Part shown: piece by piece, positions 37,780 through 49,599 of the stretch | How the letters are laid out: the number at the start of each line of letters is the position of its first letter | Position numbering within the stretch: the first letter of the stretch is position 1 | Assembly: GCA_973851085.1 (NCBI GenBank) | Contig: OZ316776.1 | Coordinates: 7,316,001 to 7,380,000 of the forward strand | Length of the DNA stretch: 64,000 nucleotides | Direction of reading: 5' to 3' | Source of the DNA: Ptychomitrium polyphyllum | Taxonomy: Eukaryota | Notes under the pieces: model-generated | What the model was told of the DNA's origin: nothing | Databases searched by the model: none | The model's input: the letters and a program-made list of their open reading frames with translations, nothing else | Program-made: the position numbers and the translations under genes

Positions 37780-39303
37780 TTAAGCTTGTTTCTTTATAGT
37801 AATCCATTTCGGCAAGTTGGACAAAAACCACCAATTCCGAATCCAGTACGGGCAGTAGTAAAGAATGCGGTAGGTGCGAGACAGGAATCCGTAGACGTAA
37901 CACGCAGGGGTAGATCTTGCCAGAATGGCGGCCACTGCCTTCTTTGCGAACACGGGAGCTGGGGTGGACTTCGGATGGTGTGCCAGCATTGTCCGACTCA
38001 GCAGGTACTCTTCATAGGGCTTGAATATCTGTAGAGCATTTGAATAGCTCTTCACAATTTCTGTTCCTTTCGGCGCAATACTCGTCACTATTGCTCCCGG
38101 AATAAGAAGCATAACGTCGATGTTAAATGGCTTCATCTCCAACCTGCCAATACAAAGACATGTTTCAGTGGAACTCCAACCTTAATCAAGTGGAAATCAT
38201 GTCCAATTTCTAGCATGTGTTCACAGCTTGTGAATTCAAGGGCACCCGTGTCCATGTCTAGTAATCTGCATTCACATATTTAGGTATTTGAAGAAACCGC
38301 AAACTCACAGGAGATGGACAAGCATAATACTGTGGATAACCCTCTATCATCCTTCTGTGGTTTCTTTTCAATTGATCTTACCTCAAAGCATCGGTGCTGC
38401 ATTGCAACGCAGCCTTGGAAGCACTGTAAGCTCCAGCAAATGGACCAGCTGCAAGACTAGTAATACTGCCTACGTTCACAATCTTGCCATTCCCTTTTGC
38501 CACCATGTGCGGCACGACAGCTTGAATCAGCATCACAGGACCTGCACACACAAATTAAGTATGCGAAACTTTGTGAACATCCAGCCAGAAAGAATGCTGA
38601 TCGCAAATTTACACTTGGTGAACTCACCAACCGACACCTCTTGTCAAATCTGAACTTCTAAGAGGGCGTTCTTCAGGGGAGTTAGAAAGAAATCATCTGC
38701 AGACTTGGATCAAGCCTAAACTAAGTTGGTTTGGAAACCTAAGAGTTCGCTTCGGATAAATCGATTCATAATTCATAAGACGAAAAACCGCAAGTCAGAA
38801 ATCCGCGTAAATTCTTACATAAAAGATGAAATGCCTAGCTTTACACCTTGAAATGCCTAGCAAACGACCTCCAATCCTCAAATCGACATAAAATGCACGA
38901 ATGTTCCCTAGAAACGACGTTATCGTCAGGGTAGATGGGCTATCATACCGAGGTAGTTGGTTCTGTACACTTTGTCCACGATCGCAATAGGGACCTCGGC
39001 CAGGGGACCCGTGCAAGGTATGCCTGCATTGTTCACAAGGATATCAATCCTCCCATGCTTGGCCATTACGGACGCCACAGCCTCCTTGATGCTCTCCTCC
39101 GAGAGCAGATCCAGCGGAAGAAGCTCAACATGCTGATGACCCTCGAACACCGTCATGGTATTCAGCGACCTCGACGTCGCAACAACCGTAAATCCACAAT
39201 CACGAAACTCGAACGCAAGCGCAGCGCCGATCCCCCCGTCAGAACACCCAGTAATCAAAACAACCTCATCTCGCCGCCGGAGCGACATCGGCCCTCCTCC
39301 CAT
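37780..39303 (-). CDS. Short-chain dehydrogenase/reductase (classical SDR; resembles 1-acyl-DHAP reductase/AYR1-like proteins); exons 39303-38949, 38541-38382, 38143-37780
   Basis: Rossmann motif VLITGCSDGGIG, IDILVNNAG, IVNVGS, catalytic YSASK, then LEMKPFNIDVMLLIPGAI. Splice sites are in frame. Confidence 0.92.
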
Positions 39304-40001
39304 CGCTACGCCACCAAGTCCTGCAGACAACTGCAACAACGATCGCAAGCCCAGCGTGTTTGGCAAACATGTTTAAAACACTGCGAATACTAAGAAATGG
39401 ATCATCCGACATTCCCGACACCCCTGACTCCGTTCTTAACTAAAACTTGGGAAATGAATGTATTAAAGGCAAGGAAGCTCGAGTTAGAAGTCCACTTTTC
39501 TGAAACTGCGCAAGGCTGCAACGCTCCAAATGACGGCGAGATTCCCACGATCAGAGTTCCTAATATAGCTCCTGCGCTTGCTTCTTGCCGAGACGGAGAT
39601 GGGCTCTCACGCAGGCCACCACCTAAAACCGTTGTCACGCCCTAAACCGATACTTGCAGCGTTCTTCAGGAGTTGAAGCACCTCACCCATTGGAAAGCGG
39701 GAAATCCACCATAGTAGGGCATGCGACAATAAATGCATGGAGGTGTAAGTTTAATTTGGTGACTAAGTTTATAAATTTTAGGTTTATATACGTAGTACTA
39801 AAGAAAACCTTATTGATTCCATGTTGTCTGTCAATCCTTCAATTATATGTTTGTCTATTCCCTTTATATTTGTCTATCTATTCCCATATTGTCTATTTTC
39901 TTTATGTTTGTTTCTCCATTTTTCATCTTGTCTATTCCCTTGATTTATATTTGTCCATTCCAATATTATCTATCTCCTTAATGTCTATCTATCTATTTCT
40001 G

Positions 40002-40375
40002 CATTATCTGTCCCCTTAATGTCTATCCGTCCTTCTACTGGTTGTTTCTCCATTATCTGTCCCCTTAATGTCTATCCGTCCTTCTACTGGCTGTTTCTCC
40101 ATTATCCTCCATTCTTCCATTATCTGTCATCTTGATGTCTATCTATATGTTCCCGTACTATTTGTCCCCTTGATGTCTACCTATATATTCCCGTACTATT
40201 TGTCCCCTTGATGTCCATCTATATGTTCCCGTACTATTTTTCCCCTTGATGTCTATCTATATGTTCCCGTACTATTTGTTCCCTTGATGTCAATCTATAT
40301 GTTCCCGTACTATTTGTCCCCTTGATGTCTATTTATATGTTCCCGTACTATTTGTTCCTTTGATGTTTGTCTATC
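40002..40375. repeat. Minisatellite: two 49-bp units (40002-40099), then six 38-bp units CTTGATGTCTATCTATATGTTCCCGTACTATTTGTCCC (40131-40358) plus a partial unit
   Basis: 38-bp units start at 40131, 40169, 40207, 40245, 40283 and 40321. They share the CTATTTGTCC core with the 23.4-25.8 kb array. Confidence 0.92.
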
Positions 40376-43300
40376 TTCCTAGTGTCTATTTCTTCATTCT
40401 CCTACAGTTTGTCCCCTTACAGACTATCTATCCATCCCTTTGTACAAAGACTTGTATTAAGTGCTATTATATCAAAGATGTGATTGTGGCCATATTTGTT
40501 TTAATTTTGAAACTAATATATAATTCAAATAGTTCTACTTTCGGATGATGGAATTTTAAGAATATTATTCCATCTTGAGATGATATCTAGAAGGGTTAAT
40601 GAACGATGTAATGCAGGCTTTTTGTAGATAACATTAATTTTGAATAATACTATCAAAATTCATGTTACACATACACAATAATTTTTTTAATGTTTTTTAT
40701 AGCTTGCTTATCACATAACATTTGAAGAATGTGATGGTCTCTTATAATGGAATTGTCCAATAATTAAGGCCTTCAAAGGCTTTACTACTATAATATAGTT
40801 TTTTTATAACAAAATTCCATTAATAAAGATAACTACTATTATAACTTTTGTAGATTTTTTTGTCTAGCCGCTACCAACCCTATTAAAGAAGGTTGATTTG
40901 AACTATTTAAGTTATTTTATGCATAAGATATACCTACATGGCCATTTTGAAAGGATTTAGGAAATACACATTTAGGCTTTTATCAAGACATGTGGCATTT
41001 CAATATAATACATAACGAATTTCCAAAGGATATTATAAATTAAAGATATTTTACAACAATTGGAAACCATTGCAGTAAACATTAGTACAATATATTTGAT
41101 AATATAATTATAGATACATTGATACTTTAAGATATCATTATTAGTTGTGATTACTTTGATGGGACGACCAGATGCACACAAAAGGTCAAACTGTATCCAA
41201 ACAAAAACACTTTTAAATACTGCAAAACCTGTAGATTTATGATTTATAAGTGTAAGCCTTTGCAGATAATGTGTTTTCTGGCTGTGGTGACGGTTGTAGG
41301 CAATGTATTCTTTTCAGGATGTGGTTGCTTTGCTGCCAAGACCCAGGCGCACACTGTAGAGATGGACGAGCATGGTCGCTGAACCACGGCCATCACTTAC
41401 GCTTCTACAGGTATTGGGTCCAGGAAGTCAGCTCTGGAAATCCGGCCACCTGCACAGTCCGGGGCCCGGACCTGGGTCGTGGTTGAGAGCTATCCCACGT
41501 GTGTGGTGTTTCAAGTGGGCTTTGGTCTTTGAAATCGATTTGGCTGGTCGGCTGCATTTGTCTGTGACAGGGTTCCGGCGCCCTGGTGAGCGAAGTATGC
41601 TTTGGTTGGCGGAGAAGTAGGAACGTATGCTTCCGGTGGCTGCTGGTGAGTTGGTCCTCTCAAAATATGAGTCATCGTGTGTTCATCGGTTTCTGAAAGC
41701 TGGAACTGTCACCATCGCATGCAACACTTACATGCAAGACTTACACTGCGCTTCACTGTTGTGAGGTCCATGGTTAGCACAACCAGAACCAACCGTGTTC
41801 CCAGGACCAACCGTGTTTAGAGAACCAACCGTGTTCCCAGAGCCACCTGTCTGATCAGAAGTTGGAGCTTTTCAACCCAAAAATGTTGATTATGGTAGGG
41901 GTACTTTGTAGCCTTGTTCAAAAAAACATTATTGACTTCAATGGTACATTTCTTTCCTTCTAGTTGATGCTCATGATATTCCGTACTTGGATCACCTTCA
42001 AGGTAGCGACATGCTATTAAATATGGATGTTATAAATAAACTTCATTTAAAAAAATTCAATCCTCTCCTCTGGACAAAATAATTGTAACACACTTTAAAA
42101 AAAACAATTAAAAAAATGTATGTATGTGTATACTCACACATATAAACAACACTTTTGGCATGTAAAATTTTGTTTCTATTATCTTTAAAACATGTTAAAT
42201 TCATAAGAATTAATAAATGTATTTATAAAGGAAATGGTAAAAAGATGGTTTTAGAAATCTTACATGGTAATTTATATATTAATTTGTGATTATGTTATTT
42301 ATAAATTTCAATTTTCATTGTAATAATCCAAATATAAATAATAAAATAATTATGCATGTATTTTTTGGATTTCACTTAAATAAGTATTGAAGATGAATTA
42401 AATCAAAATCATTTAGTTCTAATTTAGAACTTTTGAGTTTTTGAGTTAATATGATGTCGTAATCATATTTCTTTTAGAACCTTTTGTAACAATCTTTTTT
42501 ATATATTTAACCTATTGCTTTATATCTATAAGGCTAATGATCTAGAAAACTATAAAAATTTCAATAAATTATTAAAAAGGCCTTTAAATACATGGTTTCT
42601 CTTTCATATTATTATTCCAACTAAATTCACCTTTTAAATAATCGTAGTGGTGATGATTCAAGATTTGATTTCTTTTACTTCAAATTAACTTTACAATTAA
42701 ATTAACATTTTATAAAACAATCAAACTAATATAAAATAAATAGACATTGTTTGAAATACGACATTGTTTGTACTTCCTTCTATTTAAAGAATTATAAACA
42801 TGTTACATCTTTTTTTCCAAAATAATATAAATTGAATTCATTATAGAATGATTTTTTATTTCAAAATACTTAAAGGTAATAATTTTCTTTTGTTGATATT
42901 GATGATTTTAATAGATAGTACTTTTATACTTGATATTTATTTTTGAAATTCATTATAAACATTTGCAATTTTAATCCAATAATTGACGAACTTTTGACCT
43001 TAACAAAACAAAATGAATTGCAATAATTTAACCATTAAAATAGACAATATTCAATCTAATTAAAAAATTTGCAAAAAAAAAGAAAATAATATATAATATT
43101 AATACTTCATAATTTAGTGATTTATGGAGTCCATAGCTATGTATTTTTGTAAGAGCAACAAAAGTATTACATTTTAAATTTTAAATTTTAAAATTTAAAA
43201 TAGAATAAGTGATGATCAAAGACACATTTATTATTAATATATATAGATGCTTCACATTGTTATAACAAATTTCATGAAATAAAACATATAATCACAAAAT

Positions 43301-44603
43301 TTTAAAATTCTCAAAACATAATTACAAGTCCAATGTGTATATATTTAAAATAATTGAAGAAAATGACTCAAGCAAGTAAACATAAACTTAAAATGAATGA
43401 TATTATAGAAATGGTATTAAAGCAATTGATGAAGAATATAAATAAGCATATAACATCTAATACATAATTCAATATCGTGAAAATCTTAAATTCCAACTTA
43501 ACTAGAATATTATAAAATCGATTTTGAATAATATACCAAGTACCATTGGCTGAACCATGGTGATTGCACTGTGCTGGAATCCTTTGATACATCTGAATTG
43601 TTGTTGGTTTTTTATATTTTGCTGCCAGAATAAGTTAGACCATAGCATTCCACATACTTGCCATTCATTGGAATTTTTAAAAATGGCCTCATAAATCAAC
43701 GAATAACTCCAATAAAGCACCATGTTGAATTATCTTCTCTTGAAATAACAAACCACTTATTCTAACAGATTTGTAAAAAACACTCAGCAAATTATGCTTA
43801 CTTCCAAAACCTAGTATAACGAGTTTCAAAATGGTAAAGCCACATGAACTTCAAGATCAACATCGTCAATTCAAATTCGAAAATTCGAAAATTCGATTGA
43901 ATTAAAACCTCTCGCCTTCATTATGAACCAAAGCTTTGCCGTCACAGAACATGACTGTCATGGACGTGGTTACGCAGAAACCCAAAAGCGAATTAAGTTA
44001 CTTCCAGTTACCGAGTAATATTGAAACTTACGATTCATTATGCTCCACATGGAACTCGAAGCAGACAATACGGTGACATCACCTACCGCCTCTTTCGGAG
44101 CGCTGGCCCCGCCACTCTCACGTGGAAACCCCCCAATGGATCCGACCCCTCCTGCAGCTCTTTTCCCACGCGAACGGACTTGCCCAGCACTCAAAGCTGC
44201 ACGCCTCTTTTTCTATTCCCATCCGGCATGCGATTAGTGACCGCCGTCCAACCCCACGGCCACCCCCGCCCGCTCTCTAGACCCTCCCCGCCCTCAAGCG
44301 CGATTAGTAACTCCGTAACACACGCCCACCCATGCCAACCCACGCACGCAGTATTGACCCCCTAAGATCATGAGCGTGATTAGTGAGATAGTAATCCCCG
44401 GGAACCGTCGGGGACCCACGGGCACCAGTGCGCGCAGGGTCGACGCAGGGAGCCTATAGGCGCGAGTAGTGAGTTAGTGAGTGCAGGTAGTGAGATTGCG
44501 GCACCGCCAAAGGGAGAGCGAGGGCACAACAAGAGGCAGGTGAGGCAGGATGCAGTGTGTGGACATTTTGCGGCAGAAACGTATCTGTGGATCGTCATTG
44601 AAG

Positions 44604-46930
44604 ATGGTGCGGTTTGTCAGCTCCGGGGCTTTGGTGCTTCTGTTGGTTGCCTCTTTCTCACTCCTTGCGAGTGCTGCTCCCAAACCTAGCGATTGGCATG
44701 TCTGTGGTGAGTTTTCTGCTGCCAAAACCTTCGGTTTTGATGCATTAAGTCTATGACTAGGGTTTGGTGAGGGGAGCTCAGGGGATGCTTTTTCTTGTTG
44801 GAGCTTTGATGGAGGTGAGGATTTCGTGTTGAAATGTTCACATTTGTGGTGGTGAATTTCGGTATTTGAAGTGAATCTTAGGATGACGAGCGTGGCTCTT
44901 TTCTAAGTAGAGGTGGATTTTCGGGGTTGGATCGGAGGGTTTGGTATAGCTGGACTGGGAGTGTTTTGTGGAAATATTTGTGAAGTTTTATTGTGGATCG
45001 AGATGATGTGCTGTTGGTGTACTGTTTCTTAGTTTCGGTGTTTGGTGCTCTCGAATTTATGTTTCTTTTGCGGTTCTATTAGAGATGCGGGAGGAAAACA
45101 AGTTGCGAAACTATTAGCATTGCTTTGGATGGCTGCATTGCTAACGTTTTGAGTTTTACTGTTGTTTTTTGTTAGTTGTTAGGTGTAGCCAGGATAGCTG
45201 AGTCGGGTTAATTCTGTTGTTGTCATCTGCTACGGTGTAGTTTAAGTTGAAGAGGACGTAGACGAGCAACGTTTGTATGGATTCGTCTTTGCGATTTTCC
45301 GTTCTTTTTGTCATGGTTAAGACATTGTTGCCTTGTGTGTCCCTTATCTGCAAAATTACCCTAGGTTTCCATATTGAACGATTTCCAGTGTCTACATGAA
45401 CATTAAGGAGATGTTCAGTAAGGGCACCAACTTTGTACTTGGGGGTAATGTCTAGATGGTTTGTTACTGTTGATCTTTTAATTAGAAGGATGTTATTTGA
45501 AATGTTAAAACAACCGGAGTAGCTGGATCCGGCACCCTGAAATTCCAACGTCTGGGCATTCAACGGCCAACATGCTGTTGGTGTTGGAAGTTGTTTTGAT
45601 GGCAAAATTGGTAACGTGATGTGCAGATCGACATGCGAACTATGATATTTTGGTGAAAAACGTTACAATCAACCCTGACCCCGTTGTCAGCGGCGAGGAA
45701 ATGACTTTCGTGGTGCCTGCTTACACGGGTAAGTGAGGTCCTCATTCACTTTTTAGTTACCGTAAGATTGATTTGAGTTCTAGAGCATTACCATTTGTGC
45801 GATGTAAAAGTTTGTTTTATCACTGTTACTGTCTCTGGTATCTGGAGATGATTTGGGGATCTCTAATTCATCTTTCTCCAGATTCTCCTTTGTGCTTATT
45901 TCTTGTGAGGCCCAGCCGGGGAGTTCGGCTCCTTGTTTTAATTGCCTCCCTTCCATGGAGCATAAGGGACCCTTAAGGGGGGCTTTTACCCTGCTGGGCT
46001 TGGGGCCCAGCTCCCTCTTGAAAGAAAGAAACCTGTAATTTGGTTTGTGAGACATTCGGTTCAACGTACCTTTTTTGATAATGTTCATTTTTCTTTCTAT
46101 GGCACTTGGGGTCTCATGGTTTGCACCGAGTTGCTTTCCTTGACTATTCCATTTCGAGTCCTGCATTAGCTGTGTGCCTAATTCGATTGATGAATATGAA
46201 ATCTGCAGCAAAGGAAATTACTGGAGGAAGTGTGATTGTAAGTGTGTCGTTCCACGGCGTTACTGTTCATACGGAGAAAACTGACATCTGCGACAGGGCT
46301 GGTTGCCCAATTGCGCCTGGGGAGTTCGTATTGAAGAACACAGAAGTTCTTCCTGGCATCACACCTCCGGTAAAGATTGCGGTGTGCTTAGAAGCATAGT
46401 TATTATGTGTTCTCTAGCTCGTTGCATTAGCTTTTTAATGTTCGTTACTCTATATACCCGTTTTAAAAAACTTTTACTGCTACATCGAAATCATAAATTT
46501 TGTCAGAGTTTCTCTTCTCGCGTTTCTTGTTCTCTGCTTTGTTGAGACTGCTGATTGTTAATGCTCAATGATTGCTATATAATTAGGAGGCGTGTAGCAG
46601 TATCTTTGTGCTTAATGTCACTTGTATGAATATTGTTTTGTTGTTACTATGTACGTGCCGAATGTACCATCGCTTACTGCCAATGTATTTGCAAGTTCTT
46701 TTTCTCCAAATGATGGATTATTTATTTTGTGGATTCATATTCCTATTTTGCAGGGGAGCTACAGAATTAAACTTCAGTTTTTGGGTGAGAAAGATGAACA
46801 GTTGGCGTGCGCCAATATCAATTTCAGCATCATTTGGAGTGCAAGCGTTGCTGAAACACTTGAGAGCTTCAATCCCATTGAGCTGCACAGAAGTTTAGCT
46901 AAAAAGCAGGCACCCGTGGCACATACTTAG
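44604..46930 (+). CDS. ML-domain (MD-2-related lipid recognition, NPC2-like) secreted lipid-binding protein; exons 44604-44706, 45627-45728, 46209-46369, 46754-46930
   Basis: Signal peptide MVRFVSSGALVLLLVASFSLLASA, then WHVCD, VKNVTINPDPVVSGEEMTF, DICDRAGCPIAPGEFVL, LPGITPPGSYRIKL, LACANINF. Cys pattern matches the ML domain; GT-AG junctions are in frame. Confidence 0.9.
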
Positions 46931-47899
46931 ATAAGTAATTGTATGGGTGATTAGTTATGTTTTTTCAATTGCTATGACCTTGGATGCATTTCCGATGTGT
47001 TGGGATTGCAAGCTTTATTATTACCAATGTATTTGTTCCGCAGAGATGCAACATGTACCCTTGTGTAGTTCAGTAATTACATAAAGAGATTACTGATAAT
47101 TGTCACATAGTATTTGATCTATGACGTGATCTCTGCCTACTCACGAGACTTATTGTACACATTTGAAACATCAAAAGCTTGTATAGCATTGCAGAGTGTA
47201 AAGATTGATTACTATTTCTAAGTCTGAGTACGTAAATGTTACTGCATTTTGATCTCGCTTCTTATCAGTTGCTCAAACAGAATGACAGGAAGCAGAGTAC
47301 ATGCGCACTTTTTAGCAATGGAAATAACGTAGCACTGAAAGTTGTGCTTCGATGAGTCGCAAGGAATGGCTTTTATCATGTCCTTCTATTTTCAGAAGGC
47401 ATCCTCAGAAACTGCCTTCAACCTAGCAAAGTACAATATGATAGCTTTAATGCCTGTTTCAACTTTAACCTTTAGATCCAATTTACATATTAAATTAAAA
47501 ATGATGATCAGTATTTAGTGGCTCTCAAATTGAAATGTGCTATGAAATTGGAAGTGGCCTGATTGTCGGCGCAAAGCGATGTACATTTATTGTGGCAAAA
47601 TAGATCTCTGTTTTCTAAATTCTACTTAGGTGTGTGTAACCCCATGCTCATCATGCTAATGCTCGCTGCGTCTACTAACTTACGCAATGGAATCATCACG
47701 ACCAGGAAGATTTCATTTGTTAGGGTGCTCGCTGTTTGCGACTCCTCTTTCCGCTTCTCATAACGCTTTTGCTGTTCGTTTCGGACTTTCCCGTCGGCTT
47801 TTCAGTATTAGTTGATTTAACAAGGTGTTGCCGGGCCGCCAGTGAAGTTGTCGTGAGGCTCAAAGATAATCATTCGTTTCGTGTTCTTAGGTTCTAGTT

Positions 47900-49150
47900 G
47901 GGAAGTTTTAGTCGTGATGGATGCTGTGGTGGTGTTTGAGTCCGTCAGGACGGTGTTGACGAGTGTTCTACGCGTTGCAGCAGCTCCAGCGTCATCACCA
48001 GTGATTGCTGGTAGTGCACCGTTTGCATGGAGTGGCAATAAGTGAGGCGATCGAGTTCTTTCTGCTTGCTGTGGCGCGTTTCTTAAGATCATTGTCGATG
48101 ATCACCGGTCTTCGTGTTCTACCTTTGCTGTTTGGGAGGAACTTGTAGTGTTGCGGGAACTGCTTAGAGCAATGCCGGAGGTTTGAGAGAAGTTTTGTAG
48201 TGGTAATCGGAGTTTGCTGCGGGATTGCCAGATTGAGATTCGTTGGAGAGCTGTAAGAAAGGTACAAGAAGTTTGAGACCTGCGTTGATTGCGATCAAGG
48301 TTTTGCCGTGTCGCATATCTTTTTGTTCTCACGAGAGGAATGATAATGAAGCTGGCGATACTGGGACATTTAAAGTTATGCACGGTTGCGGCGGATGAGA
48401 AATTGCAGTGACGGAGAAGGGGGAGTGAAGGTGCCGTCAGATAGTAGCAGGACCTCATTCGCTTGGCTCCTCCATTGGATGTAGAGGAGCCAGAATCAAA
48501 TATCAAAGAGAAGCGGAAGGAATTAATGCAACTCCTTCAGAAGGAAAGGCGGTCTTCGTATTGCCCTGATTGGCTTCTTGTAGTCGGATTTGATTTCTGG
48601 TAGGTTTTACAGCACTACTAAGTGTTTTTCTTTCATGGAAATAAAGTTCATACGTGTCACATGACGTATATGCGGGGTAGAGCTGTAATTCCTGTGAGGA
48701 TCGCATTCGTGCAATAATTTAATTTTGATAATGCAGTGCTAAGTTTTACGCTCTAAGCTGGCAGAAAGTTTAAAGACGCCATATGGAGTAGCGTATCGTG
48801 CTGTGATCCAGTTTCTTCTGGCTGGTCTTCTTACCTTTAAACCGGCGTTTTCTTCTGCAGCTGGACTTTTGTGATGAAGCGTAGCAACCATGTGCGGATG
48901 GCTGCGAGAATGCTGATGCTACTCTTAACCAGCGTGAAAAATTTGAGATTGATAAGTTCAACATCTCATGTGCTTACTTGCTAGAGAATATCGTCCCTTC
49001 CATGTTGGTTTGGTAAGCCTTTGACGATCATCATAAGATAATTTTAAGCTGAACATCAAATGGATGTGCTGTGTGTACAGGATGCATGAGAGCTGATGAG
49101 TTCCAGCCGACGCAGCGGCAGGTTCTGCGCATATTGCTGGTGAACACGAA
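47900..49150 (+). pseudogene. Possible highly degraded NB-ARC (NLR-like) pseudogene
   Basis: Fragments broken by stops and frameshifts occur in NB-ARC order: KRKELMQLLQKE / GGLRIALIG (pre-P-loop-like), LNRRFLLQLDFCDE (kinase-2-like), EHQMDVLCVQDA*EL (RNBS-C-like). No intact P-loop is visible. Confidence 0.3.
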
Positions 49151-49599
49151 GTTGGTCGACCTGTCTTGGTAACTCACTAATCCAATGCCTTGTATTGGCG
49201 CTAGTATGTCATTTGATTGAGGCTTTATCAGGAATGTTTTTGAGCGGCGAATGGCTATCATAGCTATCAAAATTGCTTGAGTAATAAACTCGGAAGGTGA
49301 CTGTTTCATGTTAGTCCACATGATGCCCATCTCCGGTCTCTTTTTAACAATGAGGAAAAACATTCAGTCGAAATGAGAAGGCCGAAGAAGCTTTTCAAGG
49401 CCTGAAGTAGTCTTCATATCAATTGCAATCCTCATCCACTCAGATCTATCAAAACCCTTCTATTTTATGCTAGGCCCAATACTTTTATAACATGACAAAG
49501 ATGGAGATTTTATGTAGCTGTCTTTTGCTCTAAGATTATATTTGGAGTAGAATTTAATTATAAGATACATAATAAGGAGTTATTTGCAATTGAACAAGA

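Noticed and set aside
39397..39645. ORF containing PFLTKTWEM, resembling the start of an HSF DNA-binding domain
   Set aside because: The similarity stops after about 9 residues, no further HSF motifs follow, and the ORF sits in the SDR promoter region.
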